From NCBI GenBank assembly GCA_050331735.1, contig JBHJGN010000064.1, positions 1 to 64,000 on the forward strand: 64,000 nt of DNA, written 5' to 3'. How positions within the stretch are numbered: the stretch's first letter is position 1; each line of letters opens with the position of its first letter. Source of the stretch: Cyanophyceae cyanobacterium. GTDB lineage: Bacteria; Cyanobacteriota; Cyanobacteriia; Cyanobacteriales; JBHJGN01. Position numbers and translations under genes: made by a program. Below, in pieces: positions 10,744-20,942 of the stretch. A model generated the notes under the pieces. The model saw nothing but the letters and a program-made list of their open reading frames with translations, was not told the DNA's origin and searched no databases.

Positions 10744-10898
10744 CTAGTCACGCTTGAATATGGCATAGCTTTAGTTAGTGGTTAGTCATTAATTGTTACC
10801 AATGAAGAGAGTTTCCTCCTAACCACCAACCCCTAACTCCTAAGTATTCAACTTCAACTCACCCTTTAACCACCTGTAGTTTTACATTAAAGTCAACG

Positions 10899-11078
10899 AT
10901 GTCAACAAACGAAGTCACCCAAATTGCCACTCAACTACTTGCCGGAATGCTTGCTAATCCCCATATCTATGCCAGTATCAGCGATGAGATGGGCAGAGGC
11001 AGACAAGAGCAGGAATTGATTACCATTGCTATCGAAATGGCTCAAAGTTTGATCGAGAAAAGTCCCAAAACTGAGTAA
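10899..11078 (+). CDS. 59-aa hypothetical protein (below ORF-track cutoff)
   Basis: MSTNEVTQIATQLLAGMLANPHIYASISDEMGRGRQEQELITIAIEMAQSLIEKSPKTE; co-oriented between hypD and the GFA gene, protein-like composition. Confidence 0.7.
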   Translation: MSTNEVTQIATQLLAGMLANPHIYASISDEMGRGRQEQELITIAIEMAQSLIEKSPKTE

Positions 11079-11112
11079 ATTTATAGGAACTCTATCTTAA
11101 GGAGCAAGCAAT

Positions 11113-11526
11113 ATGTTGAGTGTTGTCAACGGTAGCTGCTTGTGCGGGGCAGTTAGCCTGTCTACATCCAGCCTGAATCGTCACGTCGCCGCGTGTCACT
11201 GTAATATGTGCCGTAAGTGGGGTGGAGGTGCGTTGCTAGCCGCTGAGTGTGGTAGTGATGTTAGTTTCTCTGGTGAAGAAAATATTGGGGTATATCCATC
11301 TTCAGACTGGGCGGAACGAGGATTTTGTCAACGATGTGGGAGTCATCTGTTTTACAGATTGAAACAAAATAGCCAGTACTACATCCCAGTAGGACTTTTT
11401 GACAATAGCGAAGGTCTTGTGTTGAGGCATCAGGTATTTATCGATGAAAAACCAGAGTATTACGCTTTTGCCAACGAAACGAAGAACATGACAGGAGCAG
11501 AGGTGTTTGCACAGTTTGAGGCTTGA
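11113..11526 (+). CDS. GFA/CENP-V family Zn-binding protein
   Basis: GSCLCGAV, CHCNMCRK, RGFCQRCGS; AAGGAG RBS. Confidence 0.92.
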   Translation: MLSVVNGSCLCGAVSLSTSSLNRHVAACHCNMCRKWGGGALLAAECGSDVSFSGEENIGVYPSSDWAERGFCQRCGSHLFYRLKQNSQYYIPVGLFDNSEGLVLRHQVFIDEKPEYYAFANETKNMTGAEVFAQFEA

Positions 11527-11678
11527 AAGGGCGGTAGTAAATGGGGGACGACTAGGACAATACCTTGTTCGACGTCAATCGGCGTTGCTTTTTGAGTTTT
11601 AGCAGCGGGTTCAAGCGTTAGTTTGAGGCGGCTGGTACTTTAGTAATGAGAGTAACAAGACTGATTTGAAGAGCAGTT

Positions 11679-12710
11679 ATGGCGTTTCAGCTTGCTTGTC
11701 CAATTTCTCTCCAGCAATATCCCCACATCTTGATGGCCCACGGTGGCGGGGGCAGGTTAATGCAGCAGTTAATCCAGATGTTTTTGACGGCTTTTGGCAC
11801 AGCGGAGACGATTCAGCACGATGCGGCTACTCTTCAGCTTACTGGTAATAAAATCGCCTTAACCACCGATTCTTACGTGGTGCAGCCGCTGTTTTTTCCC
11901 GGTGGCGATATTGGTTCCCTAGCTGTTAACGGCACCGTCAACGATTTAGCAATGGCGGGGGCGCGTCCGCTGTATCTTACCGCCGGGTTCATTCTCGAAG
12001 AAGGGTTGTCGATAGAGACTCTTTGGCACGTTGTGCAATCGATGCAGCAGGCAGCCCAACAGGCGCAAGTCCAAATTGTTACCGGAGATACTAAGGTTGT
12101 CGAGCGCGGCAAGGGGGACGGAATTTTTATCAATACGGCTGGGGTGGGCATCATTGAGCATTCACAGGTCATCGCCCCCCAGTCAGTTCAGCCAGGAGAT
12201 GCGGTAATTGTCAATGGCGATTTAGGTCGTCACGGCATCGCTGTTATGGCACACAGAGAAGGACTAGAGTTAGAAACAACGATTGCCAGTGATACCGCAC
12301 CGCTATCCGAATTAATATCAGAACTCGTGGCGGCAGGAGTGATCCTTCACTGTCTGCGGGACTTGACGCGGGGAGGACTGGCCAGTGCTCTTAATGAAAT
12401 TGCTCAAGCGGCGCAAGTTGCTATTGCCATTGAGGAAAGCTTAATTCCGGTACAGGAAGATGTGCAGGGGGTCTGTGAAATTTTGGGGCTTGACCCGCTT
12501 TATGTTGCCAATGAAGGTCGCTGTGTAGCATTTGTTCCCGAGAAAGATACTCACAAAGCACTGGCAATGATGAAACTTTATTTTCCTGATGCTCGAATTA
12601 TTGGAAGCGTGACTAATAAAACCAGCTCTTTAGTTTCTCTGGAAAGTAAAATTGGCGTTCAACGTGTTTTGGATATGTTAAGTGGAGAGCAGTTACCGAG
12701 AATCTGCTAG
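11679..12710 (+). CDS. hypE: Hydrogenase maturation protein HypE
   Basis: [32 protein letters not shown]-terminal PRIC. Confidence 0.97.
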   Translation: MAFQLACPISLQQYPHILMAHGGGGRLMQQLIQMFLTAFGTAETIQHDAATLQLTGNKIALTTDSYVVQPLFFPGGDIGSLAVNGTVNDLAMAGARPLYLTAGFILEEGLSIETLWHVVQSMQQAAQQAQVQIVTGDTKVVERGKGDGIFINTAGVGIIEHSQVIAPQSVQPGDAVIVNGDLGRHGIAVMAHREGLELETTIASDTAPLSELISELVAAGVILHCLRDLTRGGLASALNEIAQAAQVAIAIEESLIPVQEDVQGVCEILGLDPLYVANEGRCVAFVPEKDTHKALAMMKLYFPDARIIGSVTNKTSSLVSLESKIGVQRVLDMLSGEQLPRIC

Positions 12711-12839
12711 GTGGAGGAAGGCGCTGCTGGACAGGTAATGAAGGGGAATAGAGGTTAGTCGTTGGGCATTAACGTTCAATTTCAAACGGATTGATTTGGG
12801 GTTGTCATGACGATTGCTAGCAATGCCTAATTGCTAATG

Positions 12840-12873
12840 GGGGTAGAGCAACAAGTTGAGGAACTGGTGAAGC
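12840..12873 (-). promoter_or_regulatory. Degenerate copy of the direct-repeat operator, pointing toward the hypE 3' end
   Basis: Minus strand GCTTCACCAGTTCCTCAAC; TC-TACCCC at the conserved +28 position (poor -10). Confidence 0.45.
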
Positions 12874-12927
12874 TATGCGCAGACCGGTCTTTCCTTGGGT
12901 TAGCCCTCCTCCATGAATATTGGCTTA

Positions 12928-13069
12928 TACCATTTACCGAAAGTAGTCAGATAGTTCCTTAAACTAACCAAGCATTGGAGGTTCAAGGGCAAAGAGCTGC
13001 TGTGCTTCCCTTTCCCCCTTCCCCTTTCCCCCAACTCATCAAGTCTCCTATTACTTTTTCTAATTGGTA
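12928..13069. mobile_element. MITE family A, copy 2
   Basis: TTA-TACCATTTACCGAAAGTAG...TTACTTTTTCTAATTGGTA-TTA. Confidence 0.85.
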
Positions 13070-13262
13070 TTAGGTAGGCGGCTCATTACGGATACGCCGA
13101 ACGAAATCTACCTCAATTAACTGAGAAGCAAATCTCTGCTAGTTAGCGGTTCTTGTTGTTTTCTCGCAAATTCAGTAAAAGATAAAAAATCAAAAGAATT
13201 CATCAAGATTGGGAGTAAATTAAAGCAATACTAAACGTTAAAAAAATGCTGCTGTAGAAGAT

Positions 13263-13331
13263 ATTGTATTTCGAGAATGTGAATATCTTGTGAAGAAAGT
13301 AAATAATAGAAATGTGAATGTCTTGTGAAAT
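13263..13331 (-). promoter_or_regulatory. Tandem direct-repeat operators plus -10 with no large downstream gene
   Basis: Minus strand ATTTCACAAGACATTCACA (13331-13313) and TCTTCACAAGATATTCACA (13296-13278); TACAAT at 13268-13263. Confidence 0.6.
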
Positions 13332-13820
13332 AGAGGTAAATAACTGGTAAAGATTTGAGGAGAAAGCAGCAGCAGAGCCATATGGCTATTATCGAAAGAA
13401 ATTTGTAAAACATCGCTGCTTTAACTTGTACTGTTAATCTTTGTAAAAAGGTGTTCTCAAAAACATTGGATTTTGTCTCTTGCACTGTAAGCTAAAACTT
13501 AATCGTTGTTTTGTTGTTTAAAAAGCTGTTTTGACAGTCCGTTAGTTTTAATTCTAAAAATCTCGAAATGTAAAAAACTAGACAATATGAGTATGAGGTT
13601 GTCAGCTTGTTTACTTTTAAAAGCTGTGGCTTAGCTTAATTGTAATTTAGACAGAAAACGCTTATATTCTCCGGCGCTAAACTGTATTTTTTGCGCTTTA
13701 TTTTCTAACGCTTTGCTTCTGTTTTCGATAATTCTTTTGGTTAGCAAAAAAACAGCATTTCACATATTAATCGCCATCAGATTAAACCCGTTTTTGAAAC
13801 GATTTTTTGGGAACTATAAA

Positions 13821-15617
13821 ATGAAATTCAGTGTCCTTCGTAGTTCTTGGCTAGTTATTTTAGCTGGAGTTTTATTTTCGCTATACTTGCTGTGGCAAGT
13901 TCCTGACGGAGTATATTTTAGTGGCGATGGTGGGCTTAAAGCTTTGTTGGCACAGCAATTAAGCACTGGAACCATTCGCTTCGATCTTATCCAACCGTTG
14001 AACAACTGGGTGCAGAACCTTTGGTCACAAGGACTGTATCCCTACGAAGAACCGTTTGTCTATCACTTAGAGAATCGTTACTTCATCACTTTCCCTTTTC
14101 CTTTTTCTTTAGTTACTGCTCCCTTCTATGCTTTTTTTGGTTACCGAGGATTATACTTTGTTCCCCTGGTAGCAACTTGGATTATTTGGGTCGTTTTCTA
14201 TTTAATGTGTCAGCGGCTCAATTTCAGCCCATTTAACACCTTTCTCGCTCTGACTATTCTTGTTTTTTCGTCTAATCTTACATTGTATAGTGCCATGTAT
14301 TGGGAGCATACTCTAGCAGTTGCTCTCTGCTTTGTAGGATTAGCAATCTTATTTATTTCTAGAAATATCTCAGATATATCTATAAATAGCTTAGTTTTAA
14401 GCGGCTGCGCGATCGGTCTTTCGGCTTGGGTACGATCCGAATTTCTGGCAATGGTGGGGACAAGTGCTTTTCTAGCTTTTCTCATTGCTATCTTTCGTAA
14501 TCGGCTTCAGAAAAAGAAAGATTACTTGAATCAGTTTTTTTTGGTGAATTCAAAAATAGTTGTTTTTTTAGCAAGTTTATTTTCAACTGTTATCTTATTT
14601 TTTATTGCCAACAAACTAATATACAATCACTTTTTAGGAATTCACGCCCTGCAAATTGTAGACAACTTTTCCTGGAGTCAAAGATTAACAGAGGCTTGGG
14701 AAAGCTTTCGGGAAATTAGCATATCTTTTTTTGATTATTTTCCTGTAGCTTTATTCGCTCTTCTCTATTTATTGCTTTTCTTGCTTAATAAGCTAACTAA
14801 TCGATTTAATTCAAGATTTTTAGTTTTTGGGCTAGTACTAATCACTTTTTTAAGCGGTATTTATCTAATTTTGGCAGGCGGAATTGTAGGTCTTAAAAGC
14901 TTTGTAAAGCAGTGGGGAATTTTATTATTACTTGCTAGCACCTGGCTATTCTTGCTAAGAAAAGTCAAAGTAAAGTTAAATACAAAAATGACATTTATTT
15001 ATTTAATTTGTTTACTATTTACTATTGGTGTTGCCCTTTTAGTTGATTCTGGAGCCGATGAAATTGCCGTTGGTGGCAAGCAGTGGGGACCAAGATACCT
15101 GCTGATCTTGATTCCGCTCGTTGCTTTACTAGCAGTAGAAGAATTAAGTTTGTTAAGAAAAAGCTCTAACTTTGCTAGTAACCTCAGCCTACTTGTATTC
15201 GGCGCTCTCCTCGTCATCGGTTTTCACAAAAACCTCTATGAAGGAACTGCGTTTTTTCAGCAAGCACACCAAGGTGTTGCTCCAGCAATTCAAGAATTAC
15301 AGAAAAATTCTAATTCTGTGATTGTCGTTTCTCACCAGTATGTTACTCAATTGCTGGAGCCTTCTATTCGAGGAGAAAAGTTTTTTTTTCGTGCAGAAGA
15401 CCCCGAAAGTTTACTTAAGCTGAGTACGGTTCTGGTCGATCAAAACCAATCTAGCTTTATTTACGTTTGTTATCCTCATCGTCCCTGCGATCTCCCTCAA
15501 GAAAACTCTAATCGCTTTAGCTTCTCTAATCAAAACCAAGATTTTGAAATTAGATTTCATGATCTAGGAAAGCTAGGAAAATATCCTACGTATGAAGCTA
15601 CAATTGTCCCTCTTTAA
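13821..15617 (+). CDS. Polytopic GT-C-fold glycosyltransferase-like membrane protein
   Basis: More than 10 TM helices, acidic motif after TM1 (YFSGDGGLK), SAMYWEHTL, WVRSE, QWGPRYLL; ATG 13821 preferred over upstream TTG. Confidence 0.7.
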   Translation: MKFSVLRSSWLVILAGVLFSLYLLWQVPDGVYFSGDGGLKALLAQQLSTGTIRFDLIQPLNNWVQNLWSQGLYPYEEPFVYHLENRYFITFPFPFSLVTAPFYAFFGYRGLYFVPLVATWIIWVVFYLMCQRLNFSPFNTFLALTILVFSSNLTLYSAMYWEHTLAVALCFVGLAILFISRNISDISINSLVLSGCAIGLSAWVRSEFLAMVGTSAFLAFLIAIFRNRLQKKKDYLNQFFLVNSKIVVFLASLFSTVILFFIANKLIYNHFLGIHALQIVDNFSWSQRLTEAWESFREISISFFDYFPVALFALLYLLLFLLNKLTNRFNSRFLVFGLVLITFLSGIYLILAGGIVGLKSFVKQWGILLLLASTWLFLLRKVKVKLNTKMTFIYLICLLFTIGVALLVDSGADEIAVGGKQWGPRYLLILIPLVALLAVEELSLLRKSSNFASNLSLLVFGALLVIGFHKNLYEGTAFFQQAHQGVAPAIQELQKNSNSVIVVSHQYVTQLLEPSIRGEKFFFRAEDPESLLKLSTVLVDQNQSSFIYVCYPHRPCDLPQENSNRFSFSNQNQDFEIRFHDLGKLGKYPTYEATIVPL

Positions 15618-15641
15618 AAGTTATTTATTGCCTAGAAAAAC

Positions 15642-16097
15642 ATGATTAAACAAACTCAGACTTTAGTAAAAATCCAAGAAATTAGCTATCAAGATCAGTT
15701 ATTGGCTATTATTCTTCCATCCAACTTTAACGAACCTGGCATTCACTTTTTTACTCCCGATAGCTTTTCTCAGCAGCTTGGCTATATGAGACATCCTAAA
15801 GGACGGACTATTATGCCCCATATTCACAATCGGGTCCGTCGAGAAGTTTTCTACACTCAAGAAGTTCTGGTACTCAAAAAAGGAAAACTGCGCGTTAATT
15901 TTTACAATGACCATCAACAATATTTAGAAAGTAAAACTTTGAGAGCCGGAGATGTCATTCTTCTAATTGCCGGGGGACATGGCTTTGAAGTATTGGAAGA
16001 AGTTGAAATGATCGAAGTTAAGCAAGGCCCTTACGTTGGTAATAGAGACAAAACCCGTTTTTTCGGTGTTGAAGACAGTCAGGCAACGGTCGAGTGA
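15642..16097 (+). CDS. Cupin-fold protein of sugar-nucleotide clusters
   Basis: PHIH..TQEVL..GGHGFEVLEE..EVKQGPY. Confidence 0.75.
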   Translation: MIKQTQTLVKIQEISYQDQLLAIILPSNFNEPGIHFFTPDSFSQQLGYMRHPKGRTIMPHIHNRVRREVFYTQEVLVLKKGKLRVNFYNDHQQYLESKTLRAGDVILLIAGGHGFEVLEEVEMIEVKQGPYVGNRDKTRFFGVEDSQATVE

Positions 16098-16101
16098 GTC
16101 G

Positions 16102-17223
16102 ATGATGTCAGAATTTATTCCCGTTAATCAGCCTCTCCTGAACGGCAAAGAAAAACAGTATCTAAACGAGTGTATAGACACGGGTTGGATTTCTTCAGAA
16201 GGTTCTTTTGTTAAGCAGTTTGAACAAGCGTTTGCAGCACGAGTAGGACGAAAATACGGCATTGCAGTTTGTAATGGCTCGATGGCACTCGATGCCGCCG
16301 TTGTTGCTTTGGGCATTGGCGAAGATGATGAAGTCATTCTGCCAACGTTCACCATTATCTCCTGTGGTGCGGCTATCGTGCGTGTAGGGGCTATTCCAGT
16401 GGTAGTAGACTGCTATCCCGACACCTGGAACATTAATATAAGCCAGCTCGAAGCCAAGATTACCTCTCAAACTAAAGCCATTATGGTCGTTCACATTTAT
16501 GGTTTGCCCACCGATATGACTCCGGTGTTAGAGCTAGCGCACCAATACAGTTTAAAAGTGATTGAAGATGCTGCTGAAGTGCACGGTCAAACCTATAAAA
16601 ACAAGCCCTGCGGGAGCTTTGGTGACATCAGCACCTTTAGTTTCTATCCCAACAAACACGTTACTACCGGGGAAGGAGGAATGATTGTTACCAATGATGA
16701 AATCCTTGCTGAACGCTGTCGCTCCTTACGTAATTTGTGTTTTCGACCTCAGCAACGTTTTGTTCACGAAGAGTTGGGCTGGAATCTACGCTTTACCAAC
16801 TTACAAGCGGCAGTGGGACTCGCTCAATTGGAGCGGTTAGATGAGTTTATCATTCGCAAGCGTCGTATGGGGCAGTATTATACGGAACTATTGACAGGCG
16901 TTTACGAGTTAGAACTGCCGATTCCTCGCACTGACTACGCTGAGAATATTTATTGGGTGTATGGAGTCGTGTTAAGAGATGACGTCCCCTTCAATGCTGT
17001 CGAAGCCATGAAAAAGTTGCGCCAGCACGATATTGGCACTCGTCCCTTCTTTTGGTGTATGCACGAACAGCCTGTATTTCACAAGATGGGATTATTGCAA
17101 AGTTGCTCTTGTCCAGTTGCAGAACGCTTAGCTCGTCGCGGCTTTTACCTGCCCAGCGGATTAGCACTTACGGAAGCACAAATAGAAAGAGTCGCAGAAG
17201 CAGTCAAGGCCATCTTTGAGTAA
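16102..17223 (+). CDS. DegT/DnrJ/EryC1/StrS aminotransferase (perosamine synthase-like)
   Basis: VHIYG, IEDAAE, SFYPNKHVTTGEGG PLP-lysine motif. Confidence 0.93.
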   Translation: MMSEFIPVNQPLLNGKEKQYLNECIDTGWISSEGSFVKQFEQAFAARVGRKYGIAVCNGSMALDAAVVALGIGEDDEVILPTFTIISCGAAIVRVGAIPVVVDCYPDTWNINISQLEAKITSQTKAIMVVHIYGLPTDMTPVLELAHQYSLKVIEDAAEVHGQTYKNKPCGSFGDISTFSFYPNKHVTTGEGGMIVTNDEILAERCRSLRNLCFRPQQRFVHEELGWNLRFTNLQAAVGLAQLERLDEFIIRKRRMGQYYTELLTGVYELELPIPRTDYAENIYWVYGVVLRDDVPFNAVEAMKKLRQHDIGTRPFFWCMHEQPVFHKMGLLQSCSCPVAERLARRGFYLPSGLALTEAQIERVAEAVKAIFE

Positions 17224-17242
17224 ACCCGAGAGAACCTGCCTG

Positions 17243-18028
17243 TTACTTCCGATGACGGTTACGCCAAAGCCTAACAATCGTGCCTACGTACTTGCGTCCC
17301 TTACTGAGATAATCCCACAGACTAATTCCCGTTTTACTGTCGCCAGAGGTACGTGGAACACAAACGTAAGGAACTTCCGCTAATCGGTAACCCAGTCGCC
17401 CTGCCTGATACAAAAAGTCAATACAGTATTCTCCATAATCTCCGCGTAGGGGGATCTTTTCCACAACTTCTGCTCGCGCCGCAATGAAGCCACTCGTATA
17501 GTCATGCACTTTATTGCCGAGGAGTAAGATAGCAAAGTTGTTGATTATCCAACTGAGGACTCTAGCCATTAAGCCATGAGCAACATCAGTGCCCCCCGGA
17601 ATCCAACGAGAACCCACGGCAACATCAGCTCTTTGTTCTCTGATCGCGTTGACAAGTTTGAAAACATCTTCTGGCGGCATTGATAAGTCGCAGTCCATCC
17701 AAGTGACAATATCCGCCCTGTAATGATAAATCGCCTCGTTAAGACCATGCTGAATAGCTGAAGTTAGTCCCTTTTCGTCTAAACGACGGATTAGTGTAAC
17801 GCCCGATTTAACCTTCTCGCTTGTAGAGTAGGGACAGCAAGATGCCAGCTTTTCCACAACTTGCCAAGTCCCATCTGGGGAATCGTCGTCAATCACTAAC
17901 ACCAGATAGGGGGTAGGAACGCTAGCAAGAAGACGTTCGATGAGAGGCTTAATATTATCTCGCTCATTAAATGTCGGCAAAATAGTACATACTAGCGAGT
18001 TAGATGCTGAATCTTGAAGGTTAGACAT
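17243..18028 (-). CDS. GT2 polyprenol-phosphate glycosyltransferase (DPM1-like)
   Basis: ILPTFNERDNI, IDDDSPDGT, MDCDLS, GSRW, DYTSGF. Confidence 0.88.
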   Translation of the reverse strand: MSNLQDSASNSLVCTILPTFNERDNIKPLIERLLASVPTPYLVLVIDDDSPDGTWQVVEKLASCCPYSTSEKVKSGVTLIRRLDEKGLTSAIQHGLNEAIYHYRADIVTWMDCDLSMPPEDVFKLVNAIREQRADVAVGSRWIPGGTDVAHGLMARVLSWIINNFAILLLGNKVHDYTSGFIAARAEVVEKIPLRGDYGEYCIDFLYQAGRLGYRLAEVPYVCVPRTSGDSKTGISLWDYLSKGRKYVGTIVRLWRNRHRK

Positions 18029-18429
18029 GTTTCTTTCGCCGATACGCAAACGTGAGCCACTGAATCTAAAAATAATTTCTACTGACAAACAAACCCTTAT
18101 CTAACAAAGTTTATCTGAACTAACTGGAGAACCGACATCTCCTATCTATCTATAGCGGTTTATAGAACTCCAATTACCTCTAGTAGTATATCAGTATTTA
18201 TGCTTACGCTACTGGCAGAAAGGAAATCATTGGCAGCGCTGCCGACAGTCGCAGCAATTGGGCACGTTTTTCGCCAATGAAACCGACTACTCTACTAGAA
18301 TTTTCAGAAAGATATCTGATGCTTTTTTGAACAACATTGCTTGCTTAAGACGACAGTAACAAGATTTATTCCGAGCAAGATAACTGTTATTAAAACTACA
18401 ATTTTATACTTTTACTAATCCTTAAGTTA

Positions 18430-18564
18430 TACCATTTACCGAAAGTAGTCAGATAGTTCCTTAAACTCACCAAACATTGGAGGTTCAAGGGCAAAGAGCT
18501 GCTGTGCTTCCCTTTCCCCTTTGCCCCAACTCATCAAGTCTCCGATTACTTTTTCTAATTGGTA
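18430..18564. mobile_element. MITE family A, copy 3
   Basis: Nearly identical to 12928-13069, one heptamer shorter; TTA flanks. Confidence 0.85.
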
Positions 18565-18652
18565 TTAAGCAAAGACTTATCACAAATGCTTGAATTTAAA
18601 AAAACTAAGATGTTTAATTTCTATAGAGTCTTTAAGCTATCTCTAATTGATC

Positions 18653-19021
18653 ATGACACCACAAGAATTTAGTCTGTTACTGATGTCAACTATTTCTAGC
18701 GTATTTGGTCAATTTTTTCTAAAGGTAGGAGCATTAAAGTTAGGAAGAGTAACCTCTAGCAATCTCATTGGCCATGTCATGAAAATTTTGACAACGCCTG
18801 AATTGTTGATCGGGTTAGCCTGCTATGGACTCGGGGCGATCGCTTACATTATGGTCCTGACCCGCGTTAAACTTAGCATTGCTGCGCCATCAGCTTCCTT
18901 ACTTTATGTGTTTTCAGTGCTTGTTGGCTACTTCGCTTTTCAGGAAGCTATTTCCCCTCATCGCTTGCTTGGTTTAGCTTTTATCATTTTTGGGGTATTT
19001 TTGATAGCTCGGCAGCGTTAG
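18653..19021 (+). CDS. SMR/EamA four-helix membrane protein (ArnE/F-like)
   Basis: GQFFLKVG, LTRVKLSIAAP, FQEAIS; four TM helices. Confidence 0.8.
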   Translation: MTPQEFSLLLMSTISSVFGQFFLKVGALKLGRVTSSNLIGHVMKILTTPELLIGLACYGLGAIAYIMVLTRVKLSIAAPSASLLYVFSVLVGYFAFQEAISPHRLLGLAFIIFGVFLIARQR

Positions 19022-19067
19022 TAGCCTTCCTAAATACCTGCTATTGATTATTCAAGGTTAGTTTTGT

Positions 19068-20939
19068 CTACTTGCTGACTATTTGCTCGGAGCGATCGCA
19101 AGAGCGTTGCAGATGCGTAGTCTTTTCTACCTTTTGAGCGTTACCGGGTGGCACAGTTCTTTCATCAATAAAAAAGATTTCAAGACTAACAAGTTGTTTG
19201 TCGCCTTTGTGTTGACGATTCCATTGACGACACAAATAGTTGCCATAATAAGGGTATAGTTTTTGACCAATCGCCCGATTTAAATTAATAAAGTAAACTC
19301 GCCACTGAATCGTTTTGTAGAGAGCCTGACGTTCTCTGATGCTTGGTTTTTCCCAACTAATGGGACGACCTTCTTGAAGAAGATTAACTTGAGTACCATC
19401 TTTAAGAGTGCCAACAACGACATGCCAGCCGTCGTCTCTTGGGGGTGCGGGGGCAAAAATACTCCAAGACTGGTCTAAACGAGTTAAATAGCCAATGACG
19501 TTAATTCTTTGAAAAGTGCGTCGATTGAATAATTGATGAGCTGAACTAATCCAATCGTCTTGTTGTACTGGTCTGCGCGTAAACCTTTGATTGACAAACC
19601 CCTTGAAATTCCAAAGTGTTGTGAGCAATAGTAAGCCGAAGACGATGCCGTTTACTAATGGCGATGATTTAATTTCTAGAGGGCGAAACTTCAAAGGTTT
19701 AGTGAGATTCCCAGCCGCTTGACGATTGTTAGCAATTAATTCATAAAAATTTTTCCCTCCCGTCGCTACAGGCTTCCAGCGAAGCACAGGAGACAAGAGC
19801 TTAAACGGAGATAAGCTACACAGATAAGCAAGAGCTTCAAACTTAAAATGCCGACTTCCTTGCCAATCTACAACAACCCAAGAATTCTTGGCTACCATAT
19901 CGGCATAAATTGAATCATGACCTTGAGCGGTTAACAAGGGAGTCTGGGGCAAAATCAGAAAAGTCCGAATTAAGTGGACAACCTTTTTACAAAAATTACA
20001 GTCTGCATCGTAGTAAATTTTTAATCCTCGCCGTTGGGGTGTGCTGCGTTTTTTAGCAGCTTGATCCCATACAGGACTAGGAATTAACGCTAGCCAGTTA
20101 ACAATACTGAGGTAGCTCAACAGACCAATCGAAAAACACAGTTCAAAGCCAATATGTAGCAGAATAAATGAGACAATCGCTAGACAGCGAAATAAACTAG
20201 TGCGCCAGGGAATAAACAGGAGCAAAGGCCCCAAAATTTCAAAGACAAGGGCAGCGAAGGTAAGAACTCTGAGAAAAGGAAGAGGAAAGCCTAATAAAAA
20301 TTGACCAAACTCAGTAACATACTGATCGAAACTCAAAGAGTAGTAAACGGCATCGCCATCGGGCCACCAAATTGGGCTTTGAGTTTTGTAGACGGCTGAC
20401 CAAACATAGATGAAGCAAAGCTGAACAATAAAAGCAGCGGTTGCTCCGCTAACTACTCGTTTAGCTAGCGGTTTAGCTGAGGAATTCAGCGCACTATCTA
20501 CTGAATAACAAGCTCCCAAAGGCAAAAACATCGCCCAAAAAAGAACGGCTCGCAGGACATCATCTAGAGCGAAAATTAACGCGGGATTACGGTTTTGTAA
20601 GGAGACAGTTAACGCCCAGGTGGCAATAGTCGCTAATCGGGTGCGATAGCCCACTAACATTGCTAGGGCAATTAAGAGGGCGAAGAAAAAAAGTAAGGCT
20701 TGAATGAGGAAATGACCGCTAATCAAATGAAGTGACCAGTACCCAGGACGCAGCAATTCTCTCTCTAAAACTTGCCCGGGAAGAACGCCCGCATCGGTGT
20801 AATGAGCCTGTAACGCTTGTAGACGAGTCATCAGATCAGCAATGACTATCAAAGCTAAACCGATACGAAAAACAGCTAGCGATCGCCGGTCTAACCCGAA
20901 GATCGCTGCTAATTTAGAGGAAGACTGACTATGCATCAT
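19068..20939 (-). CDS. HTTM-domain membrane protein with inserted DCC1-like thiol-disulfide domain
   Basis: RSLAVFRIGL, HYTDAGVLP, QLCFIY..K..W..GDAV, YYDADCNFC, DQSWSIFAP. Confidence 0.82.
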   Translation of the reverse strand: MMHSQSSSKLAAIFGLDRRSLAVFRIGLALIVIADLMTRLQALQAHYTDAGVLPGQVLERELLRPGYWSLHLISGHFLIQALLFFFALLIALAMLVGYRTRLATIATWALTVSLQNRNPALIFALDDVLRAVLFWAMFLPLGACYSVDSALNSSAKPLAKRVVSGATAAFIVQLCFIYVWSAVYKTQSPIWWPDGDAVYYSLSFDQYVTEFGQFLLGFPLPFLRVLTFAALVFEILGPLLLFIPWRTSLFRCLAIVSFILLHIGFELCFSIGLLSYLSIVNWLALIPSPVWDQAAKKRSTPQRRGLKIYYDADCNFCKKVVHLIRTFLILPQTPLLTAQGHDSIYADMVAKNSWVVVDWQGSRHFKFEALAYLCSLSPFKLLSPVLRWKPVATGGKNFYELIANNRQAAGNLTKPLKFRPLEIKSSPLVNGIVFGLLLLTTLWNFKGFVNQRFTRRPVQQDDWISSAHQLFNRRTFQRINVIGYLTRLDQSWSIFAPAPPRDDGWHVVVGTLKDGTQVNLLQEGRPISWEKPSIRERQALYKTIQWRVYFINLNRAIGQKLYPYYGNYLCRQWNRQHKGDKQLVSLEIFFIDERTVPPGNAQKVEKTTHLQRSCDRSEQIVSK

Positions 20940-20942
20940 TGA

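Noticed and set aside
13231..13485. 84-aa minus-strand ORF
   Set aside because: AT-rich, non-ATG start, overlaps predicted operator and -10 elements, no recognisable motif.
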